Assembly (NCBI GenBank): GCA_963763745.1
Contig: CAVXQJ010000001.1
Coordinates: 66,431 to 130,430, forward strand
Reading direction: 5' to 3'
DNA length: 64,000 bases
Origin: an uncultured delta proteobacterium
Lineage (GTDB): Bacteria > Myxococcota_A > Polyangia > Polyangiales > Polyangiaceae
Shown: piece by piece, positions 53,891 to 63,307 of the stretch
Layout: the number at the start of each line of letters is the position of its first letter
Position numbering within the stretch: the first letter of the stretch is position 1
Translations under genes and position numbers: made by a program
The notes under the pieces: generated by a model
What the model saw: only the letters and a program-made list of their open reading frames with translations
The model's database searches: none
Told to the model about the DNA's origin: nothing

Positions 53891-55627
53891 GTGGACAACG
53901 AGGTCATCGCGCGAACTTTTCTCGAGCTCGCCGACGTGCTCGAGCTCCTCGATGAAGTGCCGTTCAAGGTGCGGGCGTTCCGCGCCGCGGCGCGCGCGAT
54001 CGAAGGAATCGGCGAGCCCATCGCGCCGAAGATCAAGAACGACACGCTCGGCAAAGTTCACGGCATCGGCGACGGCGTCGTGCGTCGCATCAAAGAGCTC
54101 GTCGAGACGGGCAAGCTCCAAGAGCTCATCGACAACAAGAAGAAGCTGCCGCCCGGGTTGATGGAGCTGCTCAACGTCCCCGGCATCGGAATCAAAACGG
54201 CGCAAGAGGTGTGGAAGCAGCGAAAGATCACGACGCTCGATCAGCTCGAAGCCGCCGCCAAAGCGCAGAAGCTCCGGGACCTGCCGCGTTTCGGAGAGAA
54301 GCGCGAAGTGAAGCTCCTCGCGTCGATCGAGGCGTACCGAAAGCGCGCGTCGGGGCCGAAGCGGTGGCTCATGGCGGAAGCGCTCGATCTCGCCGAGGCG
54401 CTCTGCGCGAAGATGCGCGCGGTGCCCGGCGTGCTCCAGTGCGAGTTCGCCGGGAGCTTGCGTCGCCGGCGCGAGACGATCGGCGACATCGACATGCTCG
54501 TCGCGGCAACGCCGGAGTACGCGCCGAAGATCATGGACACGTTCGCGAAGGACGATCAGGTCAGCGAGGTCCTCGCGCACGGCGACACGAAGACGACCGT
54601 CATTCTCAAGAACGGGATTCAGTGCGATTTGCGCGTCGTCGAGAAGAAATGTTTCGGCGCCGCGCTCCAGTACTTCACCGGTTCGAAAGAGCACAACGTC
54701 GCGATGCGCACGATCGCCGTGAAGAAGAAGCTCAAGGTGAGCGAGTACGGCGTGTTCGACGAAAAGGAAAAATCGATCGCAGGCGAAACGGAAGAAGACG
54801 TCTACGAAGCGATCGGCCTCGCGTGGATGCCGCCGGAATTGAGGGAAAATCGCGGCGAAATCGAGGCGGCGAAGAACGACGCGCTTCCCGAGCTCGTCGA
54901 GCTCCGCGATCTCATCGGCGATCTCCACATGCACACGAAGGAGACGGACGGCAAAGCGTCGATCGAAGAGATGGCCGAGGCGGCGATGGCGGCAGGTCGC
55001 AAGTACATCGCGATCACCGATCACTCGCAGTCGCTCACGATCGCGAACGGCGTCGACCGCGAGCGCCTCCGCGAGCACGTGAAGCGCATCCGCGCCGTCG
55101 ACAAGAAGATGAAAGGGAAGATCCGCGTGCTCGCGGGTCTCGAGACGGACATCCTCGCCGATGGCTCGCTCGATCTCGAAGACGATCTCGACGAGCTCGA
55201 TTGGGTCGTCGGCAGCGTGCACTCGAAGCTCGGCATGCCGCGCGCGGAGATGACGAAGCGCATCGTGCGCGCGATCGAGTCGGGCCACATCGACGCGCTC
55301 GGTCATCCCTTCGGGCGTCAGATCGGCCAGCGCGATCCGAGCGATCTCGATCTCGAAGAGGTGCTCAAGGCGCTCGCGAAGACGGGCGTCGCGATCGAGC
55401 TCAATTCGTCGCCGCTCCGGCTCGATGTTCCCGAGAACGGCGCGCGCATGGCGCGAGAGCTCGGCGTGCCCGTCGTGATCGACTCCGACGCGCACTCGAT
55501 TCGCGAGCTTCAATTCTTGAAATACGGCATCGGCATCGCGCGGCGCGCGTGGCTCGGAAAAGAGCACGTGCTCACCGCGCAGCCGGTCGAAACGATCCGC
55601 CAGCACCGCGCCGCGCGCTTGAGTTAG
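53891..55627 (+). CDS. DNA polymerase X family protein with C-terminal PHP (polymerase/histidinol phosphatase) domain
   Basis: N-terminal HhH (ELLNVPGIGIKTAQEV), Pol beta-like nucleotidyltransferase GS...GDIDMLV, then PHP motifs GDLHMHTKETDG, ITDHS, VIDSDAHS. Confidence 0.85.
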   Translation: MDNEVIARTFLELADVLELLDEVPFKVRAFRAAARAIEGIGEPIAPKIKNDTLGKVHGIGDGVVRRIKELVETGKLQELIDNKKKLPPGLMELLNVPGIGIKTAQEVWKQRKITTLDQLEAAAKAQKLRDLPRFGEKREVKLLASIEAYRKRASGPKRWLMAEALDLAEALCAKMRAVPGVLQCEFAGSLRRRRETIGDIDMLVAATPEYAPKIMDTFAKDDQVSEVLAHGDTKTTVILKNGIQCDLRVVEKKCFGAALQYFTGSKEHNVAMRTIAVKKKLKVSEYGVFDEKEKSIAGETEEDVYEAIGLAWMPPELRENRGEIEAAKNDALPELVELRDLIGDLHMHTKETDGKASIEEMAEAAMAAGRKYIAITDHSQSLTIANGVDRERLREHVKRIRAVDKKMKGKIRVLAGLETDILADGSLDLEDDLDELDWVVGSVHSKLGMPRAEMTKRIVRAIESGHIDALGHPFGRQIGQRDPSDLDLEEVLKALAKTGVAIELNSSPLRLDVPENGARMARELGVPVVIDSDAHSIRELQFLKYGIGIARRAWLGKEHVLTAQPVETIRQHRAARLS

Positions 55628-55636
55628 GATGGTCCC

Positions 55637-56008
55637 ATGAGCTTGATCGGCTGCCCGGCGTGTCGTCGTTTGGTTCGCACGAACGAGACGGCGTGTCCGT
55701 TCTGCGGCGTGGGCCTCACACGCGCGCGCATGAAGAAGACGGCGGCGAAGATCGTCGTCGGTGCGGCGGCGGGCGCGGCGGCGCTCTTCAGCGGAATCGG
55801 ATGCGCCTACGGCTGTCCCGACTGCTACCCTCCGGACGCGAGCAACAACGACGCGAACGTGATGGACGCGACGTTCGACGTGAAGTCCGATGCGCCGACC
55901 GACGCGAAGGCGGACGTGATCGATGCGGGCATCGACGCGAAGACGGACGCATCCGACGCAGCAACGGACGCGCCGACCGACGCACAGCTCGACGCCGACG
56001 CGGACTAG
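55637..56008 (+). CDS. Small protein: N-terminal zinc ribbon, one TM helix, short Cys-containing segment and acidic Asp/Ala/Thr-rich repeats; possible substrate/partner of the adjacent radical SAM enzyme
   Basis: CPACRR...CPFCG zinc-ribbon pair. AAKIVVGAAAGAAALFSGIG hydrophobic segment. GCAYGCPDCYPPD, then DAKADVIDAGIDAKTDASDAATDAPTDAQLDADAD. Stop is 2 nt before the radical SAM start. Confidence 0.5.
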   Translation: MSLIGCPACRRLVRTNETACPFCGVGLTRARMKKTAAKIVVGAAAGAAALFSGIGCAYGCPDCYPPDASNNDANVMDATFDVKSDAPTDAKADVIDAGIDAKTDASDAATDAPTDAQLDADAD

Positions 56009-56010
56009 TC

Positions 56011-57231
56011 GTGAGCGCGGAGCGCATCGCCGCGTCCACGCAAGCGAGCACAGGTCTCGTCTACGTCGTGTGGGAGCTCACGCTTCGATGCGATCACGCG
56101 TGCGGCCACTGCGGGAGTCGCGCGGGTCGCGCGCGCGAAGACGAGCTCTCGACGGACGAAGCGCTCGACGTCGTGAAGCAGCTCGCGGAGATGGGCGCGT
56201 TCGAGATCACGCTCATCGGCGGTGAAGCGTATTTGCGCGACGACTGGACGACCATCGCACGCGCCATCGTCGCCGCCGGAATGCGCTGCACGATGACGAC
56301 CGGCGGACGCGGCATCACGCGCGAGCGCGCGCGCGCCGCAAAAGACGCCGGAATCGCGAGCGTCTCCGTTTCGATCGACGGCCTCCGCGAGGCGCACGAC
56401 ACGCTCCGCGGGATTGATGGAAGCTTCGACTCCGCGATGAACGCGATTCGCGAATTGCGCGCCGCGGGGATCGACACGAGCGCGAACACGCAGCTCAATC
56501 GTTTGTCGTGGCGCGATCTCGACGCGCTGCTCGATCGGTTCATCGAGCTCGGTGTGTCGGGTTGGCAGATGCAGCTCACCGTTCCGATGGGCCGCGCAGC
56601 GGACAGACCCGAGTGGCTCCTCCAGCCGTACGAATTGCTCGAGCTCTATCCGCGCATCGCGAGCGTCGCCGAGCGCGGCGCGAAGCACGGCGTGCTCTTC
56701 TGGCCCGCGAACAACATCGGTTACTTCGGTCCACACGAGACGACGCTCCGCGGTCGCGCCGTGCGCGACGATCGCGCGTGGAGTGGATGCGTCGCGGGCA
56801 AGCACGCGCTCGGTCTCGAGTCGAACGGCGATCTCAAAGGTTGCCCGTCGCTCCCGACGACGTCGTACGTGGGCGGCAACGTGCGCGAGCGATCCATTCG
56901 CGAGATGTGGGATCGCGCGCCGGAGATTCGCTTCGTGCGCGACCGCACGACGGACGAGATGTGGGGATTCTGCAAGGATTGTTACTACGCGGACGAGTGC
57001 CGCGCGGGCTGCAGTTGGACGTCGCACGTGTTCTTCGCGAAGCGCGGGAACAATCCGTATTGTCATCATCGTGCGATCGAGCACGACGCGCGCGGTCTTC
57101 GCGAGCGTGTCGTTCGCGTGGAGGCCGCGCCGGGCGCGCCGTTCGATCACGGACGCTTCGAGATCGTCGTCGAGCCCAAAGACGCGCCGCTCCCGGATGA
57201 AAAGCGCAGGCTCCCGATCAGTGCGACGTGA
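56011..57231 (+). CDS. Radical SAM enzyme with C-terminal SPASM domain (peptide/protein-modifying radical SAM maturase family)
   Basis: GTG start. CDHACGHC (CxxxCxxC radical SAM cluster). Glycine-rich SAM motif region ITLIGGEAY. C-terminal auxiliary-cluster cysteines GCVAGKHAL...CPSLP...WGFCKDCYYADECRAGCSW (SPASM-type). ~406 aa with a ~60-aa C-terminal extension. Confidence 0.8.
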   Translation: MSAERIAASTQASTGLVYVVWELTLRCDHACGHCGSRAGRAREDELSTDEALDVVKQLAEMGAFEITLIGGEAYLRDDWTTIARAIVAAGMRCTMTTGGRGITRERARAAKDAGIASVSVSIDGLREAHDTLRGIDGSFDSAMNAIRELRAAGIDTSANTQLNRLSWRDLDALLDRFIELGVSGWQMQLTVPMGRAADRPEWLLQPYELLELYPRIASVAERGAKHGVLFWPANNIGYFGPHETTLRGRAVRDDRAWSGCVAGKHALGLESNGDLKGCPSLPTTSYVGGNVRERSIREMWDRAPEIRFVRDRTTDEMWGFCKDCYYADECRAGCSWTSHVFFAKRGNNPYCHHRAIEHDARGLRERVVRVEAAPGAPFDHGRFEIVVEPKDAPLPDEKRRLPISAT

Positions 57232-58644
57232 CTGTGAGTGAGACGGATGCCGCGCCTTGGTCGGGTTGGATGAAGAGCTGACCGGGCGAGCTCGTCGCGT
57301 CGTAGCAGCCGCCCGTGAGACCGACGTCGTACCCGTTCGGATACGCGCGCGTCGGAAACGAAACCACCGTGACGTTCGTCGCGCCCGAGCCCGGCGCATA
57401 CGAGAGCGTGAACGTCGACGTCGTCGTGTCGAACCCCGTGACGATCGACGCGCCCGCGACCGCGCGCGCGAACGGACGAACGAGCGCCTGCGCGACGGGC
57501 AGCTCGTTGCCGCTCGCGTCGACGACCCAGTCGGACTCGCTGTTCCACAAATCCGCCGACACGCTGTACTCCCACTCCGTGCCGTTCATCCCGAGCGCGT
57601 CGAATGCGTCGAAGTGCGCCTGCATGTACGGCAGCGTCGACGCGAGTTGATTGAACGCGCCGAACTCGCCGACGAACGTCGGCACGTTCCACTGCGCACC
57701 GACGGCTTGCCACTTCTGCATGTTGGGAAGGACGGTCTCCGGATTGCTCGTGAGCGGATAGAAGTGCGGCGCGAAGACGACGCCGTCGCCGGGGGGACGC
57801 GTGAGCGCAGTCGCGAGGTTCACGCCGGCGAGCCCGGTCGGGTCGACGAACACGAGCGACGTCGGCGCCAGCCCGCGCGCGTGCGCGACGAACTTCGCCA
57901 TGAACGTCGCTGAGCGTCGTCGACGAGAACGTCGCGTCGTCCAGCGATCCCGACGACGGCTCGTTGAACGGCTCGAACCCGAGCACGCCCGGCTTGTCCT
58001 TGTATCTTGCAATCATCACGTCCCACGCCGTGAAATACGAGTCCTGCACGCCGTTCGTGTTCGCCCAGAACGCGTCGAACGCGGCGACCACGTCCTGATC
58101 GTTGAAGTACTCGAACGACCACTGCGGGCAGTCGTGATGCGGCGCGGGCGGATTCGTCAGCGTCCAAGCGGGGAAGCCGTCGCCGCACAAAATTCTCCGC
58201 GTACACGTCTTGGTGAAAATCGACGACGGTCCAAATCCCGCGCGCCCATGCGGCGTCGAGGATCGCGTCGTAGTGCGCGAGCCAAGTCGAATCGTTTTGT
58301 CCCTGCGTTGGCTCGAGCGCGGCCCACGTGAACGGAACGCGCATCGCGTCGATCCCCCACGACGCCGCGCGACCCATGTAGCTCGCGAGCGCGCCGTCGA
58401 AGTCGTCGCCGAAATCGAACGGCACGTATGGCGCGAACTTGCTGCGACCGCCCGCGTCGACGCCGCGCAAGAACACGGTGCGCCCGAGGCTGTCGGTGAA
58501 CATCGTCCCGTTCGTCGTGAGCCTGTAGTCCGCTTGCGGCGCGGCGATCGTGCATGCGCGCGCCGTGGGCTTCGGCGGCGAGGAGTCACAACGTGGAACG
58601 AACGCGAGGAGCGCGATCGACGCGGCAAAGAGAAGCGGGCGCAT
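57218..58644 (-). CDS. Glycoside hydrolase family 5 protein (secreted), split by at least two frameshifts
   Basis: Signal MRPLLFAASIALLAFVPRC. GH5 blocks RVPFTWAALEP and GIWTVVDFHQDVY in the first frame, GFEPFNEP (catalytic acid region) in the second, GEFG plus a C-terminal beta-rich domain in the third. Confidence 0.65.
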
Positions 58645-58659
58645 GTCCCGATCGTACTA

Positions 58660-59090
58660 CTAACCCATCGGAGGAATCACCCCGAGCTGCGTGAACCAGC
58701 CGAAGATGTCCACGTCGACCCAATGCTCGACGACTTTTCCGTTCGCGATGCGGAAGAACTGAATCTCCGTCCACGTCGCGCGCTTGCCCGTCGCGGGGAT
58801 CTTCAAGAACTCGCCCTTGTGCGTGCCCGACTCCGTCGCGCGGTACGAGACGACGTCGCCCTCGGCGACGATGAGCTCGATGACGAGTCGATCGTCCGGA
58901 AAGGCGGAAAATAGGTGCCCGAGGAAGTTTTGGTACCCGGTCGTTCCGGGTCCGAACGATGCGACGGTCTCGTTGTGCTCCTTGTAATCGGCCGCGAAGA
59001 ACTCTCCGAGCGTATCCAGGCGCCGCTCGTTCTTCACTTGTTCGACGAATCGGCGCACGAGCGCCTTGTTGGCTTCGAGCTTGTCCATGC
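58660..59090 (-). CDS. SnoaL-like / ester cyclase family protein (NTF2-like fold)
   Basis: MDKLEANKALVRRFVEQV... with the characteristic ester-cyclase layout (…DYKEHNE…GHLFSAFPD…VAEGDVVSYRATESGTHKGEF…TGKRATWTEIQFFRIANGKVVEHWVDVD). Only the C-terminal 143 aa of the raw 493-aa ORF are coding-like. Confidence 0.6.
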
Positions 59091-59163
59091 GCGTCTCCTT
59101 TGGTGAGGTAGACGGCACGGCAGTCGAAAACTCATCGGTCAATGTGCGGTAGCATCGCGCGCC

Positions 59164-60243
59164 GTGAAGCTTCCGTTTCAGCCGCCCGTCGCGCCGATGC
59201 TCGCCAAGCTCACGAGCGGGATCCCCGAAGGCGAGAACTTCATCTTCGAGCCCAAGTGGGACGGGTTTCGCGCGCTCGTCTTTCGCGACGGCGACAACGT
59301 CCAAATCCAGAGCCGCGATCTCAAACCGCTCCAACGATATTTTCCCGAGCTCGCCGCGCCGCTTCGCGCGGAGCTCCCCGAGCGCTCCGTCTTCGATGGC
59401 GAGATCGTCATCGCGCATGGCGGCGTTCTCGATTTCGAAGCGCTCCTTCAACGGATTCACCCGGCCGAGTCGCGCATCAAGATGCTCGCCGCGCAGTGGC
59501 CCGCGTCGTACGTCGCGTTCGACATGCTCGCGCTCGGCGACGAAGACCTCCGCGAGAAACCGCAAAAGGAACGGCGCGCGAAGCTCGAAGCCGCGCTCGG
59601 TCACGCGAAGCCACCGATCTACATGACGCCCGCGACGCGCGACCGTGCGCTCGCGACGGATTGGTTCAATCGCTTCGAAGGCGCGGGCCTCGATGGCGTC
59701 GTCGCGAAGGACGAGAACCTCGTCTACTCGCCCGGCAAGCGCACGATGATCAAGATCAAGCACGAGCGCACCATCGACTGCGCCGTCGCGGGATTCCGCT
59801 GGTACAAAGACTCGAAGGACGTGGCGATCGGATCGCTCTTGCTCGGTCTCTACGACGACGAAGGGCGTTTGCAGCACGTCGGCATTTGCGCGTCGTTCAA
59901 CGCCGCGCGTCGCAAGGAGCTCCTCGCCGAGCTCGCGCCGCTTCGTGAGAACGCGACGGAGCATCATCCGTGGAAGGAGTGGGCCGAGCACGACGCGGCG
60001 AATGCGAAGGCGCGCAGGCCCGGCATGAAGAGCCGATGGAACGCGAACAAAGATCTCTCGTGGGAGCCGCTCCGCGTCGAGCGCTCGTGCGAGGTCACGT
60101 TCGATCACATGCAAGGCCGCCGCTTCCGCCACTCGTCGCACTTCAAACGATGGCGCCCCGACAAACCGCCGAAGGATTGCACCTACGCGCAGCTCGACGT
60201 CACGCCCGCGTACGAGGTCGCGAAGATCTTCGGCGGAGCGTGA
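59164..60243 (+). CDS. ATP-dependent DNA ligase, LigD-type stand-alone ligase domain
   Basis: Motif I EPKWDGFR (KxDG), adenylation and OB-fold blocks (DGEIV; GLDGVVAKD; IKIK); 359 aa. Confidence 0.8.
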   Translation: MKLPFQPPVAPMLAKLTSGIPEGENFIFEPKWDGFRALVFRDGDNVQIQSRDLKPLQRYFPELAAPLRAELPERSVFDGEIVIAHGGVLDFEALLQRIHPAESRIKMLAAQWPASYVAFDMLALGDEDLREKPQKERRAKLEAALGHAKPPIYMTPATRDRALATDWFNRFEGAGLDGVVAKDENLVYSPGKRTMIKIKHERTIDCAVAGFRWYKDSKDVAIGSLLLGLYDDEGRLQHVGICASFNAARRKELLAELAPLRENATEHHPWKEWAEHDAANAKARRPGMKSRWNANKDLSWEPLRVERSCEVTFDHMQGRRFRHSSHFKRWRPDKPPKDCTYAQLDVTPAYEVAKIFGGA

Positions 60244-60912
60244 TCACTTGGGCGGCGCGACGTGGAACGTCGTGCCTTTGATCATGCAGTCGCTTCCGAC
60301 GTTGATCCACGCGTTGAGCACGTCTGGTGTCTCGCAGTGGAAGATGTATGCGGTGCCGTGATTCACGGTGAGCTCGCGCATCTCGTAACGCCCGGGGAGC
60401 TGCACGACGAAGCGCTGCGCGTGCGAGTTGTCCATCGTGCCCGCGGTCTTCATCATCGCGGGTGAGAGCGACTCGGTGATTTTTCCGCCCGCGGACGTCG
60501 CGTCTTTCGTTTCGCGCGCGGCGAGCGCTTTGACGTCGCCCGCGAACGGTTCCTTCGTGACCCACATCGTGAGCGTCGCGTCGCCGATCATGCCGCTGAC
60601 TTTTCCCGTGTACTTCGTCCCCGAAGCGGCGAGCGTCGGCGGAATCTGAAACCGGTAACCGTCGCCCATGACGACGAGCGACTCCCCGGAAACTTCGCCG
60701 GCCGGAAGAACGTCCTTCGCGCGCGGCAAGCCGCTGCCGACCGCGCTCGACGGCGTCGCTGTGGCCGTCGCGCTCGCGGTCGCAGTCGCAGTCGCGGTCG
60801 CGGCCGCGGTCGTCGTTTCGGTCGTTGCAGAGGATGTCGTCGTGGTCGTTGCCGAATCCTTGTTGCATGCAGCGATGGTGACGACGAGAGCGGCGAGCAG
60901 TTTCTTCATCAT
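60244..60912 (-). CDS. Lipoprotein with Thr/Ala-rich low-complexity linker, hypothetical
   Basis: MKKLLAALVVTIAAC lipobox, then TTTTTSSATTETTTAAATATATATASATATAT linker and a ~150-aa globular domain. ATGA coupling with the upstream lipoprotein gene. Confidence 0.45.
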   Translation of the reverse strand: MMKKLLAALVVTIAACNKDSATTTTTSSATTETTTAAATATATATASATATATPSSAVGSGLPRAKDVLPAGEVSGESLVVMGDGYRFQIPPTLAASGTKYTGKVSGMIGDATLTMWVTKEPFAGDVKALAARETKDATSAGGKITESLSPAMMKTAGTMDNSHAQRFVVQLPGRYEMRELTVNHGTAYIFHCETPDVLNAWINVGSDCMIKGTTFHVAPPK

Positions 60913-61955
60913 GGCCTCACGTGACATCGCTTCGCGGTGAACGCGCCAGCGATCATCGACTTCGACGCATCGCTAAACCACGCAAACACCCGCCCGCGCA
61001 ACTCGCCCGGCGTGGCCGCATCGATGACCGCGCTCACCCAGCCGTTTCCTTCCATCCCGAGCACGCCACCCGGCTCGTTCCACAGCGCGACCGCGAACGC
61101 GTGGCCCGCCCCTGTCACGGTCGTCACCTTCGTCTTGATCGTGCTGCCGGATTTGATGTCGCCGGGAAATCCGATTTTGAAACCGGGCGACATCTGATCG
61201 AACGCACACGCTTGCGCGGGCTTCGTCGTGAAGAAATGGATCTCGTGCTGGCCGAGGCTCGCGTCTTGCCATTCGATGGCTTCGACCGCGAGCGGCGCCG
61301 TAGTCGCGCCGAGGAGCCATGTCGAAACCGCGTTCGACGAGATCGCAGAAGGCTCGACGCCTTCGGTGCCCCACATCAGCCCTTGGAGCGTGGGCGTCGA
61401 TGATGGAGCGTGCTGCTCGCTCGCGCACACGGCGGCGTCGAACGCGCCGGAGATGCGCGTTCCGTCGGGCGCCGTGAGGAGCACGCGGCCCGTCGCGCGC
61501 GTGGTCGAAAAATCGTCGATGACGAGCGTCGCTTGCGTCGCGATCGGATCGAACGTCGGTCGCTTGTACGTCACGACCACGCCGACGTCCGCGGACCGGA
61601 TCGTCGCGTGCGCCTGCGCGCTCGCGCTCGGAAATGCCATCGACACATAGAGCTGATCCGGGCCCGGCGCGAATTGCGGCGCGCACGCGCCGCCCTCCGA
61701 CCACGCGTAGAGATCGAGCGTCGCGCCGTTCGGCGTCACGCGGAGCGCGGCCTTCGCAACCGTGAAGCGTTTGCCTGCGAGATTACCCGCGATCTTCGCG
61801 CTGCCCGCCGCGGGAAAATCCGCGGGCACCGAAGCGGCTGCTGCCACGGCGGGAGCGGACGACGCAGTCGATGGGCTCGCCGCGATCGGCAATGGCGCCT
61901 CCCGCGATTTGCAGCTCGCCATCACGAAGAGAATCGAGATCGCGCGCAGGTTCAT
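60909..61955 (-). CDS. Lipoprotein (348 aa), hypothetical
   Basis: MNLRAISILFVMASCK lipobox. ATG overlaps the stop of the LigD polymerase-domain gene. Beta-rich sequence, no recognised family. Confidence 0.45.
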   Translation of the reverse strand: MNLRAISILFVMASCKSREAPLPIAASPSTASSAPAVAAAASVPADFPAAGSAKIAGNLAGKRFTVAKAALRVTPNGATLDLYAWSEGGACAPQFAPGPDQLYVSMAFPSASAQAHATIRSADVGVVVTYKRPTFDPIATQATLVIDDFSTTRATGRVLLTAPDGTRISGAFDAAVCASEQHAPSSTPTLQGLMWGTEGVEPSAISSNAVSTWLLGATTAPLAVEAIEWQDASLGQHEIHFFTTKPAQACAFDQMSPGFKIGFPGDIKSGSTIKTKVTTVTGAGHAFAVALWNEPGGVLGMEGNGWVSAVIDAATPGELRGRVFAWFSDASKSMIAGAFTAKRCHVRP

Positions 61956-63286
61956 TCGTGGTGCTCTCCTGTCCACTCGACGGTCGCATCGTAATCCGGA
62001 TCGGGCGTCTCTTCCTTCGGCCGCTCTTCTTCCGGAATGTTGTGCAGGTTGATGCGAATGCGCGTCCACGTCGTGTGCCTGCCGCGCATCGCGTCGACGA
62101 GGATGTCCGCGGGCGCGAGCTTGTAGGCGACCGCGGGATATTTCTTCTTCCATCGCTCGAGCCCTGCGAGCGCGTCGTCTTTTTCCTTTGCGCGCGCGAT
62201 GACGATGAGCGGATGCTTCGCGCGACGCTTCGCCGTCTTCGTCGGTTCGCCCTCTTTGCGCGCCTTCGACGGTTGAACGCGCCGCGGCTCGCCGGGTTGC
62301 TTCGGGAAATGCGGCGGCCATGGCGCGTCGCCTTGACCGTCGTGCTCTTGCTTCGCCGAGAGCTCGAGGATCGATTCGAGCGAGTCGGACACGTCATCGA
62401 TGTGCGCGTGTGCGTCGCCGCGCTGCGCGAACAATTTCGGAACCGTCCCGAGCGTGAAGTCGCCCGGCTCGCAGGATCGGAGCGCGTCCCACTCGAGCGG
62501 CATCGACACGCGCGCGTCCTTCGTCGGCCTCACGGAGTACGCGCTCGCGACCGTGCGATCTTTCGCGTTCTGGTTGTAGTCGAGGAAGACGCCGTGCCGC
62601 TCTTCCTTCCACCATTTGCTCGTCGCGATCTTCGGCGCGCGCCGCTCGACCTCGCGCGCGATCGCGAGCGCCGCGCGGCGCACCTCGCCGAATCCCCACT
62701 TCGGCTGAATGCGCACGTAGATGTGGATGCCGCGCGATCCGCTCGTTTTCAGCCACGCCGAGCACTTCATGTCCGTCAGCACTTCGCGCACGACGAACGC
62801 GACGTCGACGATCTGCTTCCACTCGATGCCCGGCACCGGATCGAGATCGACGCGAAGCTCGTCGGGATGATCGAGATCCGTCGCGCGCGTCGGATGCGGA
62901 TTCAGATCGAGACAACCGAGGTTCGCGATCCACGCGAGCTGCGCCGCGTTGGTGATCACGATCTCGTCGGCCGTGCGCCCCGAGGGAAACGAGAGCGTCA
63001 CCGTCTTCACCCAATCGGGCCGACCCTCCGGCGCGCGCTTCTGAAAAAACGCGGGCCGCGACGCGCCGTTCACGAAGCGCTTCAGCGCCATCGGTCGATT
63101 GAACACGCCGCGCACCGCACCGTCCGCGACGGCGACGAAGTACTTCACGAGATCGCGCTTCGTATACTTCGCCTCCGGAAAATAAATCTTCGACGGATTC
63201 GTGATGACGACTTCGCGCCCCGCGACGTTGACCACCTCGCGCTCGCTCTCTTTTTTGGGCGCCTTGGGTTTCTTCTCCGCGGCCAT
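61952..63286 (-). CDS. LigD-type polymerase/primase domain protein (NHEJ polymerase, archaeo-eukaryotic primase fold)
   Basis: Blocks typical of LigD Pol domains (KIYFPEAKYTKRDLVKYF; LDLNPHP; DELRVDLDP; TSGSRGIHIYVRI; HGVFLDYNQNAKDRTVASAYSVRP). 444 aa with a basic C-terminal tail. Confidence 0.8.
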   Translation of the reverse strand: MAAEKKPKAPKKESEREVVNVAGREVVITNPSKIYFPEAKYTKRDLVKYFVAVADGAVRGVFNRPMALKRFVNGASRPAFFQKRAPEGRPDWVKTVTLSFPSGRTADEIVITNAAQLAWIANLGCLDLNPHPTRATDLDHPDELRVDLDPVPGIEWKQIVDVAFVVREVLTDMKCSAWLKTSGSRGIHIYVRIQPKWGFGEVRRAALAIAREVERRAPKIATSKWWKEERHGVFLDYNQNAKDRTVASAYSVRPTKDARVSMPLEWDALRSCEPGDFTLGTVPKLFAQRGDAHAHIDDVSDSLESILELSAKQEHDGQGDAPWPPHFPKQPGEPRRVQPSKARKEGEPTKTAKRRAKHPLIVIARAKEKDDALAGLERWKKKYPAVAYKLAPADILVDAMRGRHTTWTRIRINLHNIPEEERPKEETPDPDYDATVEWTGEHHE

Positions 63287-63307
63287 CGCGAGCCGATGTT
63301 AGCCAAC

